A stretch of 64,000 nucleotides of DNA from Collinsella sp. (GTDB lineage Bacteria > Actinomycetota > Coriobacteriia > Coriobacteriales > Coriobacteriaceae). Location of the stretch: NCBI GenBank assembly GCA_022739635.1, contig JAIIUG010000001.1, forward strand, positions 7,185 to 71,184, read 5' to 3'. Position 1 is the first letter of the stretch, and every line of letters starts with the position of its first letter. Under the pieces are notes generated by a model. The model was not told the origin of the DNA, did not search any database, and was given only the letters and a program-made list of their open reading frames with translations. This document shows, piece after piece, positions 37,226-46,631 of this stretch. A program made the position numbers and the translations under genes.

Positions 37226-38971
37226 GTGGCCGACCAGGACGTCAAGATGCTCATCGAGCGCATTATGGCCGAGGCCCGGACCCATCAGTCCGCCCGCTTC
37301 TCAAACGAAATCTATGCTGACGAGCCGATTCTCAAGACCGGTCGTCAGATGCAGAACTTCCTCCCCGACCAGTACCGCAAGATGCGCGAGATATCACGCT
37401 GGCAAGATGATCCCAAAGGCGGCGCGGGGCGTTGGCTATCGGAGGCGGAGCTCTTTTACCGCCAAGGCCTGCTGATGGCCGACTTCGAGGACGATTGTCC
37501 CTACAACGGCACCTTTAAGTCGTACTTTCCCACCTACAATGCCATGAGCGATCGACAGTTGCGCGGCTACTTTACCTGGCGTGCCCAAGTGCGCCGCGGC
37601 AATATCGAGGAGACATCGACCTCGTTTGCTTTTCTGTATCTCTACGAATTGATCTGCGGCATTGGCGTCGACAATCCGCGCGACGGCTATGACAAGATCA
37701 AGGCATTTTGGGATGCCTATCGCGCCTTTGAACCCGGCATCGACCGGTTCGCACGCGTATGGCTGCAGGACTACGCCGTGTTCCATGAGCTCGACCCCAA
37801 GCTGCTTCGCGACTCTAAAACCGTCGCATTCGACAACGCCCTCATCGAGCTGCGCCGCGCAGCGCGAGACCTTGCACCCGCGCCGGCGCCGTCGGCCCTG
37901 TCCCCCAAACGTCGCAAGACCTCCGAGCCCACGCTTCCCCTTCCGCCCGATGAGGCGCATGAGGAGCGGCTCATGGCTGCCATCGACGCGCTCTCGACGT
38001 ACAACCTGAATAACTCACGGCTCGACCGTTCCCACCATCGCGACCTGCGCCACGTGGCATGCGCCGTGTATGTCCGCATGGCGCGCTACTATGACACGCA
38101 CCGAAAGACCGGCATCGTAGCGAGCTTGTTTGGGGAGGAGACGGCCATGCCCTACACCATGTTTGCCTCAGCCGTGTTCTTTGCGCCCGAGCGCCACGAG
38201 GACTGCGAATATCGCCTGGACCCCATTCACATCTACCGCTGCCAAAATGGCTTTTGGGAATGTATGCGCATCCACGGCAGCAGACAAAAAAGTAGCAAGC
38301 TCGGTGAGATGATGCGCGCTTGCGATCAGCGCCTGCGCTTGGCACTGGATCCCAGCCATCCCCTTAAGGAAGAAAAGGTTCCCAAATATCTGGCTAAGAT
38401 TATCGATGACGAGATCGTGGCATGGCTTTCATGGGATGCCGCGCATCAGCCCGTCAAGATCGATATCGACCTGAGCCGGCTGGGGCACATTCGGAGCGCC
38501 GCCGCACAAACGCGCGAGGCGCTTTTGATCGACGAGGAGCGCGAGGACGGCGCGCTTGCGGATGTCGAGGTGACAGTTGCCGAACGACGGGAAGCCGAGC
38601 CCGTGGCCGAAACGATCGCCGAACCAGTCGCGACGACCATGCAACAGGACGAAGCCAGCGAGCCGACCATCTCCACCGAGCAGTTTGGCGTCGTAGCCCC
38701 GCTCCTCGCACCAGCACCCACGCCCGCCGACACCGCGTCCGCACTCAATCCCGCCGCAAACGCCTATCTTCGAGCACTGCTCGAGCAAAACGCAGCGCAG
38801 ACGGCATCGGCGGTGGCACAGTCGGGCAAGAGTGAGGACATGCTCGTCGATAGCATCAACGAAGCGCTCTTTGACCTGGTGGGCGACACCGTTATTGAAT
38901 TTGGCCCAGCAGGACCGCAAATTATCGAGGACTACGAAGCAGACGTGAGAGGATACTTAGACCATGAGTGA
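37226..38971 (+). CDS. TerB-N / TerB-C domain protein (Shango SngA-like)
   Basis: GTG start after SD AGGAGAGGAG. TerB_N-like segment YFPTYNAMSDRQLRGYFTWRAQVRRG..FAFLYLYELICG. TerB_C-like segments IDIDLSRLGHIRSAAAQTREALL and the terminal INEALFDLVGDTVIEF. Confidence 0.85.
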   Translation: MADQDVKMLIERIMAEARTHQSARFSNEIYADEPILKTGRQMQNFLPDQYRKMREISRWQDDPKGGAGRWLSEAELFYRQGLLMADFEDDCPYNGTFKSYFPTYNAMSDRQLRGYFTWRAQVRRGNIEETSTSFAFLYLYELICGIGVDNPRDGYDKIKAFWDAYRAFEPGIDRFARVWLQDYAVFHELDPKLLRDSKTVAFDNALIELRRAARDLAPAPAPSALSPKRRKTSEPTLPLPPDEAHEERLMAAIDALSTYNLNNSRLDRSHHRDLRHVACAVYVRMARYYDTHRKTGIVASLFGEETAMPYTMFASAVFFAPERHEDCEYRLDPIHIYRCQNGFWECMRIHGSRQKSSKLGEMMRACDQRLRLALDPSHPLKEEKVPKYLAKIIDDEIVAWLSWDAAHQPVKIDIDLSRLGHIRSAAAQTREALLIDEEREDGALADVEVTVAERREAEPVAETIAEPVATTMQQDEASEPTISTEQFGVVAPLLAPAPTPADTASALNPAANAYLRALLEQNAAQTASAVAQSGKSEDMLVDSINEALFDLVGDTVIEFGPAGPQIIEDYEADVRGYLDHE

Positions 38972-40265
38972 TACCGCATCCGCAGCACCCCGCGTGCCCA
39001 AGCGCGTCGCCGCCGTCATTCTCAACTCGCTCAAGGGCGGCGTTGTCCCGCGCATCGGCCTTCCCTATATCACCGTGGGGCGAGAGGTCGAGATCCGTGC
39101 TCTGCTCACCGACCTGAGCCTCATCGCCGATGGCGGCGCAAGCTTCCGTTTCCTAGTCGGTCGCTACGGCGCCGGCAAGAGCTTTTTGCTCCAGACCATC
39201 CGAACGCATGCCATGGGCGAGGGCTTTGTGGTCGCCGATGCCGACCTTTCCCCTGAGCGCCGCATACAGGGCGGCCAGGGACAGGGCCTTGCCACCTACC
39301 GCGAGCTCATCCGCAACATATCGACCAAGACGCGCCCCGAGGGCGGCGCGCTCAACCTTATCCTGGATCGCTGGGTCGCCTCGTGTGCCGACGCCGACGA
39401 GTCTGCCGTTAATGCCCAACTCGCTCCGCTCGAAGAGATGCTTCACGGCTTTGACTTTGTCCGCATGCTCCGCCGTTATCGCACGGCCGTCTCGGAGGGT
39501 GACGAAGAGGCCATGAGCCGCGTGACCAAATGGATCCGCGGCGAATACCGCACCAAGAGTGAGGCTCGCGCCGAGCTGGGCTCCTCAACCATCATCAGCG
39601 ATGACGACTGGTACGACTACGTTAAGCTCATTGCGCGCTTTTTGGTCTGCAGCGGCTACAAGGGCATGCTGGTGCTCATCGACGAGCTCGTGAATCTGTA
39701 TAAGATTCCCAACGCGATCACGCGCCAATATAACTACGAGAAGATCCTGACTATGTACAACGACACGCTCCAAGGCAAAGCGCAGTACCTGGGCGTGATC
39801 ATGGGCGGCACGCCGACCTCTATCGAGGACCGCCGCCGCGGCGTGTTCTCTTACGAGGCCCTGCGCAGTCGACTCGCTCAAGGCCGTTTTGCGCGCGATG
39901 ATCTCAAAGACATGCTCGCGCCCATCATCCGCCTGCAGCCGCTCACCTACGAGGAGCTGCTGGTGCTCATCGAAAAGCTCATGCAGATCCATGCCGGCTA
40001 CTTTGACTGGACGCCCACGCTTACCGAGAACGACTTGGTGGACTTCCTCAAGATTGAGTTTGGCCGCGTGGGGGCCGATACGCATCTGACGCCCCGCGAG
40101 GTCATCCGCGACTTTATCGAGCTGCTCGATATCCTGTGTCAGAACCCCGATGCTAACGTGGCCGAATTACTGCAAAGCGTCGGCGGCGACGCGCTGGTGC
40201 CGGCAGCCGCGACAGACGACACCGGCACCACAGACGACCGCAACTTCGCCGAATTCACCATCTAA
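38964..40265 (+). CDS. P-loop ATPase, DUF2791 / BREX-type ATP-binding domain (Shango SngB-like)
   Basis: Overlaps the upstream gene by 8 nt. Walker A GRYGAGKSFLL and Walker B MLVLIDELVNLY. The N-terminal LKGGVVPRIGLPYITVGRE is typical of this family. Confidence 0.85.
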   Translation: MSDTASAAPRVPKRVAAVILNSLKGGVVPRIGLPYITVGREVEIRALLTDLSLIADGGASFRFLVGRYGAGKSFLLQTIRTHAMGEGFVVADADLSPERRIQGGQGQGLATYRELIRNISTKTRPEGGALNLILDRWVASCADADESAVNAQLAPLEEMLHGFDFVRMLRRYRTAVSEGDEEAMSRVTKWIRGEYRTKSEARAELGSSTIISDDDWYDYVKLIARFLVCSGYKGMLVLIDELVNLYKIPNAITRQYNYEKILTMYNDTLQGKAQYLGVIMGGTPTSIEDRRRGVFSYEALRSRLAQGRFARDDLKDMLAPIIRLQPLTYEELLVLIEKLMQIHAGYFDWTPTLTENDLVDFLKIEFGRVGADTHLTPREVIRDFIELLDILCQNPDANVAELLQSVGGDALVPAAATDDTGTTDDRNFAEFTI

Positions 40266-40380
40266 CCTGCCAAAAGGGACAGGTTTATTTTGGTAGGTTT
40301 TATCTGGGCAAACGCCGATGTTGCAAGATATCGAGCCGTTGCCCGTTGCGTTGATCGGCCCGTTGATGAGAGGAGGTCCC

Positions 40381-42825
40381 ATGAACGCTTTTGACCGATA
40401 TGCCCCGTTTATCCAGGATTTCATTTACTCCCACGATTGGGAGAGTCTGCGCTCCATCCAGGTTGCGGCGGCAGATGCCATCTTCAACACGCAAGACAAT
40501 GTGCTCCTAACGGCATCCACGGCATCTGGCAAAACTGAGGCGGCCTTCTTTCCCATCCTGACCGAGTTTTGGGAGAACCCGCCCGCGAGCGTGGGCGCCC
40601 TCTACATTGGCCCCCTCAAAGCACTCATCAACGACCAGTTCGTTCGCCTCAACGATCTGTGCGAAGAGGCCGATATCCCCGTCTGGCACTGGCACGGAGA
40701 TGTCTCGCAGTCGCACAAGGCAAAGCTCATCAAAAAGCCGAGCGGTATCCTACAGATTACGCCCGAATCACTCGAGGCACTCCTGATCCACAAGCACATG
40801 GCAATCCCGCGTATGTTCTGCGACCTGCGCTATGTGGTCATCGACGAGGTCCACTCGCTCATGCGCGGTGATCGCGGCGGGCAGACACTCTGCCTTATCG
40901 AGCGTCTTTCGCGCATGGCGGGTGTGCGGCCCCGGCGCATCGGCCTTTCGGCCACCATCGGGGACCCGGAACGCACGGGTGCCTTCCTGTCGCAGGGGAC
41001 GGGACGCGACTGCGTCATCCCCCGCTTTGAGGAGCCGCGCCGCGTGTGGCGTATCTCCATGGAGCACTTCTACAACTCGGGCCCCCAGGCGCAGCAGCGA
41101 GGATTCACGAGCACAGGTCCGCAGGAAGCTGAGGTGCTCGCATGCGAGCGCATTGAGGCGGCACCACCCGCGGCACTGCCCGTCAGCACCCAAGATATGC
41201 GCCATAGTGGACAACTCACACAGGAGGAACGCCGTCAACGTCGCGAGCAGGCACGGGGCAAGGCTGCCCCCAAAGACCGTCGCACTTCCTCGGCCCCCGA
41301 GGGCGAAGTCGACATCCCGCAGGCAACCGAACAGACGCTCCTCAACCCCACCGACACCGCACCCGACAACGCCGACCCCGGCATGGGCTACATCTTTGAA
41401 CACACCCGCGGCCGCAAGTGCCTGGTCTTTGCCAACTCGCGCGAGGAGGCAGAGGCCGTGTGCTCCATGTTGCGCAGCTACTGTGAAAACCGGCACGAGC
41501 CAGACCGCTTCCTCATCCATCATGGCAACCTCTCGGCATCGCTACGCGAGACCGCCGAGGAGCTCATGCGCGACGAGGAACAGGCACAGACAACCGTCAC
41601 CACCTCCACGTTGGAGCTCGGCATTGATATCGGTCGCCTGGAGCGCGCGTTCCAAATCGATGCACCGTTTACCGTCAGCTCCTTTTTGCAGCGCATGGGG
41701 CGCACAGGTCGCCGCGATCTTCCGCCCGAGATGTGGTTTGTCATGCGCGAGGAGGAGCCCGAGCCGCGCACGATGATGCCCGAGACCATTCCGTGGAAGC
41801 TCCTGCAGGGCATCGCGCTGGTACAACTCTATCGCGAAGAAAAGTGGGTCGAGCCACCCGAGCTCGATCGACTCCCCTACAGTCTGCTCTATCACCAGAC
41901 CATGTCGACGCTCGCCAGCACCGGCGAGCTCACACCGGCCGAGCTTGCTCAGCGCGTGCTCACGCTCAGCTATTTCCACCGCGTCTCGGCCGATGACTAT
42001 CGCGTACTGCTGCGCCACCTCATCAAGATCGACCACATCCAGATCACCGAGGGCGGTGGGCTCATCGTGGGCCTCGCGGGCGAGCGCATCATCAACAACT
42101 TTAAGTTCTACGCTGTGTTCCAGGAAAACGAGGAGTTCACCGTTCGCAGCGAATCGGCCGAGCTGGGCACGATCGTTAATCCGCCCCCGCCCGGTGAGCG
42201 CATCGCCATCGCCGGCCACTGCTGGATTGTCGAGGAAGTGGACTGGAAGCGTCATACCGTCTTTGCCACGCAGGTCAAGGGCCGTGTGCCGGCCTACTTT
42301 GGCGACTGCCCCGGCGACATCAATACACACGTACTCGAGCGCATGCGCAAGGCGCTCAACGAGCACGCGGCATATCCGTACCTCATGGGCAACGCGCGGG
42401 CACGCCTTGCACAGGCTCGTCATACCGCCGAGATTTCGGGCGCGGGAACCAAGCCGCTCATTAACCTGGGCGGCGACACCTGGGTGCTCTTCCCCTGGCT
42501 GGGTAGCTACGCCTTTTTGGCGCTCGAGCGCATGCTCAAGATCAAGTGTGCCGCGGAACTGGGCCTTCGCGGACTCGATCCGTCGCGTCCATACTTTATG
42601 CAGTTTAAGATGAAGGCCGATGAGGAGACGTTCTTTGAGGTGCTCGCCGCCGAGGCCGAGAAGGACTTCGACCCCATCGAGCTCGTCTATCCCGGCGAGG
42701 TGCCTTATTTTGATCGCTACGACGAGTACGTTCCCGAAGAGCTCGTACGCAAGGGCTTTGCCGAAGGCGTGCTCGACATCGATGGCATGAAGCAGCGCGT
42801 CCTCAGCTGGCGCGCCCACACATAA
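40381..42825 (+). CDS. DEAD/DEAH-box SF2 helicase, Lhr-like (Shango SngC-like)
   Basis: I moved the start to M22 (MNAFDRYAPF), after SD GAGGAGG. Motif I TASGKTEAAF, II VVIDEVHS, III LSATIG, V TSTLELGIDIG and VI QRMGRTGRR. The long C-terminal region resembles the Lhr core WH/beta-barrel. Confidence 0.9.
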   Translation: MNAFDRYAPFIQDFIYSHDWESLRSIQVAAADAIFNTQDNVLLTASTASGKTEAAFFPILTEFWENPPASVGALYIGPLKALINDQFVRLNDLCEEADIPVWHWHGDVSQSHKAKLIKKPSGILQITPESLEALLIHKHMAIPRMFCDLRYVVIDEVHSLMRGDRGGQTLCLIERLSRMAGVRPRRIGLSATIGDPERTGAFLSQGTGRDCVIPRFEEPRRVWRISMEHFYNSGPQAQQRGFTSTGPQEAEVLACERIEAAPPAALPVSTQDMRHSGQLTQEERRQRREQARGKAAPKDRRTSSAPEGEVDIPQATEQTLLNPTDTAPDNADPGMGYIFEHTRGRKCLVFANSREEAEAVCSMLRSYCENRHEPDRFLIHHGNLSASLRETAEELMRDEEQAQTTVTTSTLELGIDIGRLERAFQIDAPFTVSSFLQRMGRTGRRDLPPEMWFVMREEEPEPRTMMPETIPWKLLQGIALVQLYREEKWVEPPELDRLPYSLLYHQTMSTLASTGELTPAELAQRVLTLSYFHRVSADDYRVLLRHLIKIDHIQITEGGGLIVGLAGERIINNFKFYAVFQENEEFTVRSESAELGTIVNPPPPGERIAIAGHCWIVEEVDWKRHTVFATQVKGRVPAYFGDCPGDINTHVLERMRKALNEHAAYPYLMGNARARLAQARHTAEISGAGTKPLINLGGDTWVLFPWLGSYAFLALERMLKIKCAAELGLRGLDPSRPYFMQFKMKADEETFFEVLAAEAEKDFDPIELVYPGEVPYFDRYDEYVPEELVRKGFAEGVLDIDGMKQRVLSWRAHT

Positions 42826-42850
42826 GACGGGACTGACTACTCCCAATAGG

Positions 42851-43726
42851 CTAGTCGTGGAGGGCAGTGCCAAGGAAGTCGGTGTCGAAGGGCACGGCTT
42901 CGGCAAAAGCGTAGTCGCCGTCGCTGGCGATGAGCAGGTAGTTCTCCTCGCCGCCGAACTCCGCATCGCCACATGGGACCACCCAGGCGTGGGCGAATAC
43001 CTCGAGTGCCGTGGCAGCGCAGTCGCGCAGGAACGTCACGTCGCTCCCCTCGTTTGCACTCACGATATTGGCAACGTAGATGCCACCGGCATTCAGGCTG
43101 CCCCGCACTAGACGCAGCGCCTCAACGGTCGCCAGCTCGCGTACGGGCTCGGCACCGCCAAAGCAATCGCTCACGACCACGTCGTAGCGACGATGCCCCA
43201 CGCTCGTAATGCCCAAATATGAACGAGCTTCGGCGGTAATCACCCGCAGGCGATCGCCCACCGTGCGCTCCAGCTCATCCAGGTAGAACCAGCGACGCGC
43301 CAGACGCGTAATCTCTCCGTCATACTCGATAACGTCCATACGCAAGCCCTCGTGCGACATCAGCGCGAACTTGGGATAGGCAAACCCGCCGCCGCCCAGC
43401 ATGAGCATACGGTCGATACCATGCCCGTAAGCATCACGCATTGCGCCCTCGGTCTCAAACGCATCGTCAAATGCACGATAGTATGCAAAGACCGGCTCCG
43501 CCCAACGCTCGCCAACGTAGCTCGCGCTTTGGTAGACGCCGCCCTGCACGAGCACACGGACCTCGTCACCGCTCTCGTCGTGTACACGCTTCACACGCGT
43601 CAACCCGTTGCGGGTACGTGCGACCTGCAGACAGGCAACACGAACAGCGACAGCGGCCGCACCAAGCGCCGCGGCTCCCAGAGCAACGCCGGCAACGACG
43701 CCGGCAGAAACACTCGGCTTGTTCAT
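42851..43726 (-). CDS. Spermidine synthase-like (SpeE-fold) protein with an N-terminal TM helix
   Basis: Motifs MLMLGGGGFAYPKF, VIEYDGEI and DVVVSDCFGG in a class I MTase/aminopropyltransferase fold. The start abuts the stop of the Elp3-like gene. Confidence 0.75.
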   Translation of the reverse strand: MNKPSVSAGVVAGVALGAAALGAAAVAVRVACLQVARTRNGLTRVKRVHDESGDEVRVLVQGGVYQSASYVGERWAEPVFAYYRAFDDAFETEGAMRDAYGHGIDRMLMLGGGGFAYPKFALMSHEGLRMDVIEYDGEITRLARRWFYLDELERTVGDRLRVITAEARSYLGITSVGHRRYDVVVSDCFGGAEPVRELATVEALRLVRGSLNAGGIYVANIVSANEGSDVTFLRDCAATALEVFAHAWVVPCGDAEFGGEENYLLIASDGDYAFAEAVPFDTDFLGTALHD

Positions 43727-45634
43727 CTAGAGCTCCTTTTGCAGATAAAGGCCATGGTCATAAAATCCAAGATGGCGATAGTACTCGCGTGTGCCAATCG
43801 CGCTAATCACGTTGATGCGCGCATAACCCGCATCCCGGGCAATCTCGCATGCATGCTCTACGAGCAAACGCCCCAAACCGTGATGCTGCGCCGCCTGGCC
43901 TTGATCCCCCACGCGCGCCGCCATGCCATACACGTGCACCTCGCGAATCATCGCCTCGTCCGGCGTCGTCGGCAACTCGTCCGCATGCGCGGCAACAAAC
44001 GAATGGTCGGGCAGCGACAACCGCAAAAAGCCCGCGATCTTGCCCTGCGGCGTCACCCACTGCAAAAAGCGCTCGTGCGTCACCGGCGTCTCGTACGCCA
44101 CTTCCTCGTCAAGGGCCAACTCGTTCAGGTCGGCACCCGCCGTGCTGATCTCGCGATAGCGGATCTCGCGCACCGTCGCGCCTTCCCCACGAGCCGCCAA
44201 GCGGTTCTCGACGAGCTGACGCAGGTTGGGCTTCTTGTTGCCCACCATAATGTCGTCGGAGCTAAAGTCGCGAATCATGCGGCTGATGCGGCAGAACGCC
44301 GGCGTCACCACGATGTCATCGGCCAGCACGTCGAGCAGCTCTTCCTCGGTATAGGGGCACCACTCGCCACGCTCATAACAGCCCACCAGGCGCGAGCCCT
44401 CGATGAGCGCGCACGGATAGACCTTGACCTCGTCGGGCATAAAGGCCCCCACGGTCATAAAGCGCTCGTAGTCGCGTTTATCCCCCTCGGGCGTAGCACC
44501 CAACAAATTGAGCATAAAGTGCGCGTGGATCTTAAAGCCAAACAGGCGCGCAAGCGAAAACGCCCGCTCAATCTGCGTCACCGAAATGCGACGCTCGTTG
44601 ATATCGAGCAGGTGCTGGTCGAGGCTCTGAATGCCCATCTGAATCTTGGTACAGCCCAGGCGACGAATGAGCGTGAGGGCCTGCGGCGTCACAGCATCGG
44701 GGCGCGTCTCGATAACGAGTCCCACCACGCGATGCTTCGCCGTCTCGTTGATGCGCTGCTGGCGCTCGAGCTCCTCCATCGTTGCTGTCTGCCACTCGGC
44801 GACCTCGCCCCACGGCGTGCCGGGGCCGTACAGACGACGCACCGCGCGGTTATAGCCGCCCACGGCAGCATCCACACGCCCCTGCTCGTCGGCAACGCCG
44901 GCAGCGAGCTCGGCCTCGTCTGTCGCAATGCCGGCGGCCCGATAGCGCTCGCGACGCTCCGCTACCACCGGCGGCAGCGCATCGGTGGGAGCGTCATCGA
45001 GCAGGCGCCCTGCCTCGGCACGGCTGATGCCCGGACGCGCCAACATGGGGTTGGCCGCCACGCCGGCGACGGCATCGTCATTGAGCGCACGGAAGAGCTC
45101 CGACATAAACCATGTCTGATAGCCTTCCGGATAGTCGCTCCAGGTACCACCAAGCACAATGAGCTCGATCTTATCGGTCGCATGTCCCATCTGCGAAAGC
45201 GCCGTCAAACGGGCGCTCACCTGCAGATACGGATCGAAGCAGTTTTGCTCTGCACGGGCGCACGCCGGCTCGGCGTGCAGATAGCTTTTAGGCATGCGCA
45301 GATCGTTGGGGCAAAACAGGCAATCGCCCGAACACGGCCAGGGCTTGGTGATGACGGTAATGGTCGCCACGCCCGAGGCCGTTCGGCGCGGCTTCATACG
45401 CAGCACCTGCAGCAGTTGGCGTTCCAGATCGGCATCGACATTCCATCCAGCCCAACGAGCCGGCTCCTCGCGCTTCACCCGCTGGTAAAACGGCAGCAGG
45501 CGGCGCTTGGCCAAATCGCGTTTGTCGGCACCCTCACGGCGCGCCTCGGCATGTATCAGTTTGACGAGCGCTTTGTCGTCCACGGTCTCACCGCGACGCA
45601 GTGCATCGAGTATGTTCAAAATAATCTGTTCCAT
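43727..45634 (-). CDS. Elp3-like radical SAM / GNAT acetyltransferase
   Basis: Radical-SAM cluster CSGDCLFCPND. Elp3-type central region. C-terminal GNAT motif QHHGLGRLLVEHACEIARDAG. Confidence 0.85.
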   Translation of the reverse strand: MEQIILNILDALRRGETVDDKALVKLIHAEARREGADKRDLAKRRLLPFYQRVKREEPARWAGWNVDADLERQLLQVLRMKPRRTASGVATITVITKPWPCSGDCLFCPNDLRMPKSYLHAEPACARAEQNCFDPYLQVSARLTALSQMGHATDKIELIVLGGTWSDYPEGYQTWFMSELFRALNDDAVAGVAANPMLARPGISRAEAGRLLDDAPTDALPPVVAERRERYRAAGIATDEAELAAGVADEQGRVDAAVGGYNRAVRRLYGPGTPWGEVAEWQTATMEELERQQRINETAKHRVVGLVIETRPDAVTPQALTLIRRLGCTKIQMGIQSLDQHLLDINERRISVTQIERAFSLARLFGFKIHAHFMLNLLGATPEGDKRDYERFMTVGAFMPDEVKVYPCALIEGSRLVGCYERGEWCPYTEEELLDVLADDIVVTPAFCRISRMIRDFSSDDIMVGNKKPNLRQLVENRLAARGEGATVREIRYREISTAGADLNELALDEEVAYETPVTHERFLQWVTPQGKIAGFLRLSLPDHSFVAAHADELPTTPDEAMIREVHVYGMAARVGDQGQAAQHHGLGRLLVEHACEIARDAGYARINVISAIGTREYYRHLGFYDHGLYLQKEL

Positions 45635-45642
45635 GACCCCAT

Positions 45643-45686
45643 TGTAAAGGCAAAGGCGCCGGAGCCGATCTCGGCTTCGGCGCCTT
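45643..45686 (-). terminator. Rho-independent terminator after the DUF4097 gene
   Basis: The minus strand reads AAGGCGCCGAAGCCGAGATCGGCTCCGGCGCCTT followed by TGCCTTT. Confidence 0.65.
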
Positions 45687-45731
45687 CATCAAACAGCGCG
45701 GCTACGTTTGCGGGTCTCCTAAAACCACCCG

Positions 45732-46631
45732 TCACTCCGAATCAAACGACATGTCACCCGAACCAACCTCAAAACGATACGTGGCAGACTTATCACCGTT
45801 GTCGAATTCAAGATTCAATATGGTCTCGCCATCGTAGCCAAGCGGAAGGAAATCGCTCTCGAAGTCGCCACTGCCCACGGTGAGGCTCGCCTTAAAGCCC
45901 GTAGAGTTCGGAACCGTTATCTCCACGTCGCCCGAGCCCACGCTCACGTCCATCGACTTCGCGGGCGCCTGGTAGAGCTCGAACGTCATGTCGCCCGAAC
46001 CGACCTCGGCATTCAGGGTGTCGGTTACAGTGCCCGCAAACTCAACGTCTCCCGAGTCCAAAGTCAGGTTGAGGTCATGACACGCAATGTCCGTGACCGT
46101 CAGATCGCCCGCTCCTACATTCGCTGTAATGCCCACTATGTTATCGGCAACTTCGCGCGGCAGTTCGACGGTAACCGTGCGGTCAATGGCGCGCTCGTCA
46201 TCGCAATCGAACTGGCGAAGCTTGAGCGCAGAACCCTTAACCTCGACCAGATTCTGGGTTGCCGCATCGTAAGCAGCTACTCCTTTTGCGACGCGGCCAC
46301 TCTCGATGACACGTACCGGCCCGTCGGAGACGTGTTTGACCTCGACCGCGCCCGACGTCACGTCCAAGTCAAGCGATGTGAACGCGTCGGCATCAAACGT
46401 TTCGCTCGAAAGCTGTTGAGGCCGAGCGGAATAGTTACCGCCATCCAAAGAATCGTCCCCGTCAACCACATCGTCCATACCGGACAAACCGGATGCAATA
46501 TCGCCGAGATCCCACGGGCCATCAAAATGAAACAATATCCGCGAAGTGCCAAAGATAAGCCCGATGATGAGCACGAACGCTCCGATACCGACGCCCAGGC
46601 GGACCTTGGACTCATGCGAGAGCTTCATCAT
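45732..46631 (-). CDS. DUF4097-like beta-repeat protein with an N-terminal TM anchor
   Basis: N-terminal TM helix. At least six G(S/A)GD(M/V/L/F) strand repeats (VGSGDMTFE, VGSGDVEIT, VGSGDFESD, VGAGDLTV, SGDVEFAG, VGSGDMSFD). Confidence 0.7.
   Translation of the reverse strand: MMKLSHESKVRLGVGIGAFVLIIGLIFGTSRILFHFDGPWDLGDIASGLSGMDDVVDGDDSLDGGNYSARPQQLSSETFDADAFTSLDLDVTSGAVEVKHVSDGPVRVIESGRVAKGVAAYDAATQNLVEVKGSALKLRQFDCDDERAIDRTVTVELPREVADNIVGITANVGAGDLTVTDIACHDLNLTLDSGDVEFAGTVTDTLNAEVGSGDMTFELYQAPAKSMDVSVGSGDVEITVPNSTGFKASLTVGSGDFESDFLPLGYDGETILNLEFDNGDKSATYRFEVGSGDMSFDSE

Noticed and set aside
40768-42972. Alternative-frame and antisense ORFs inside the helicase gene (40768..41523 minus, 40832..41776 plus, 41542..42972 minus)
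   Set aside because: The helicase frame shows motifs I-VI in order. These other frames are low-complexity R/A/S/P-rich.
43352-45883. 843-aa plus-strand ORF
   Set aside because: It is antisense to the Elp3-like and SpeE-like genes and crosses an intergenic terminator. It is R/H/L/A-rich with no motifs.
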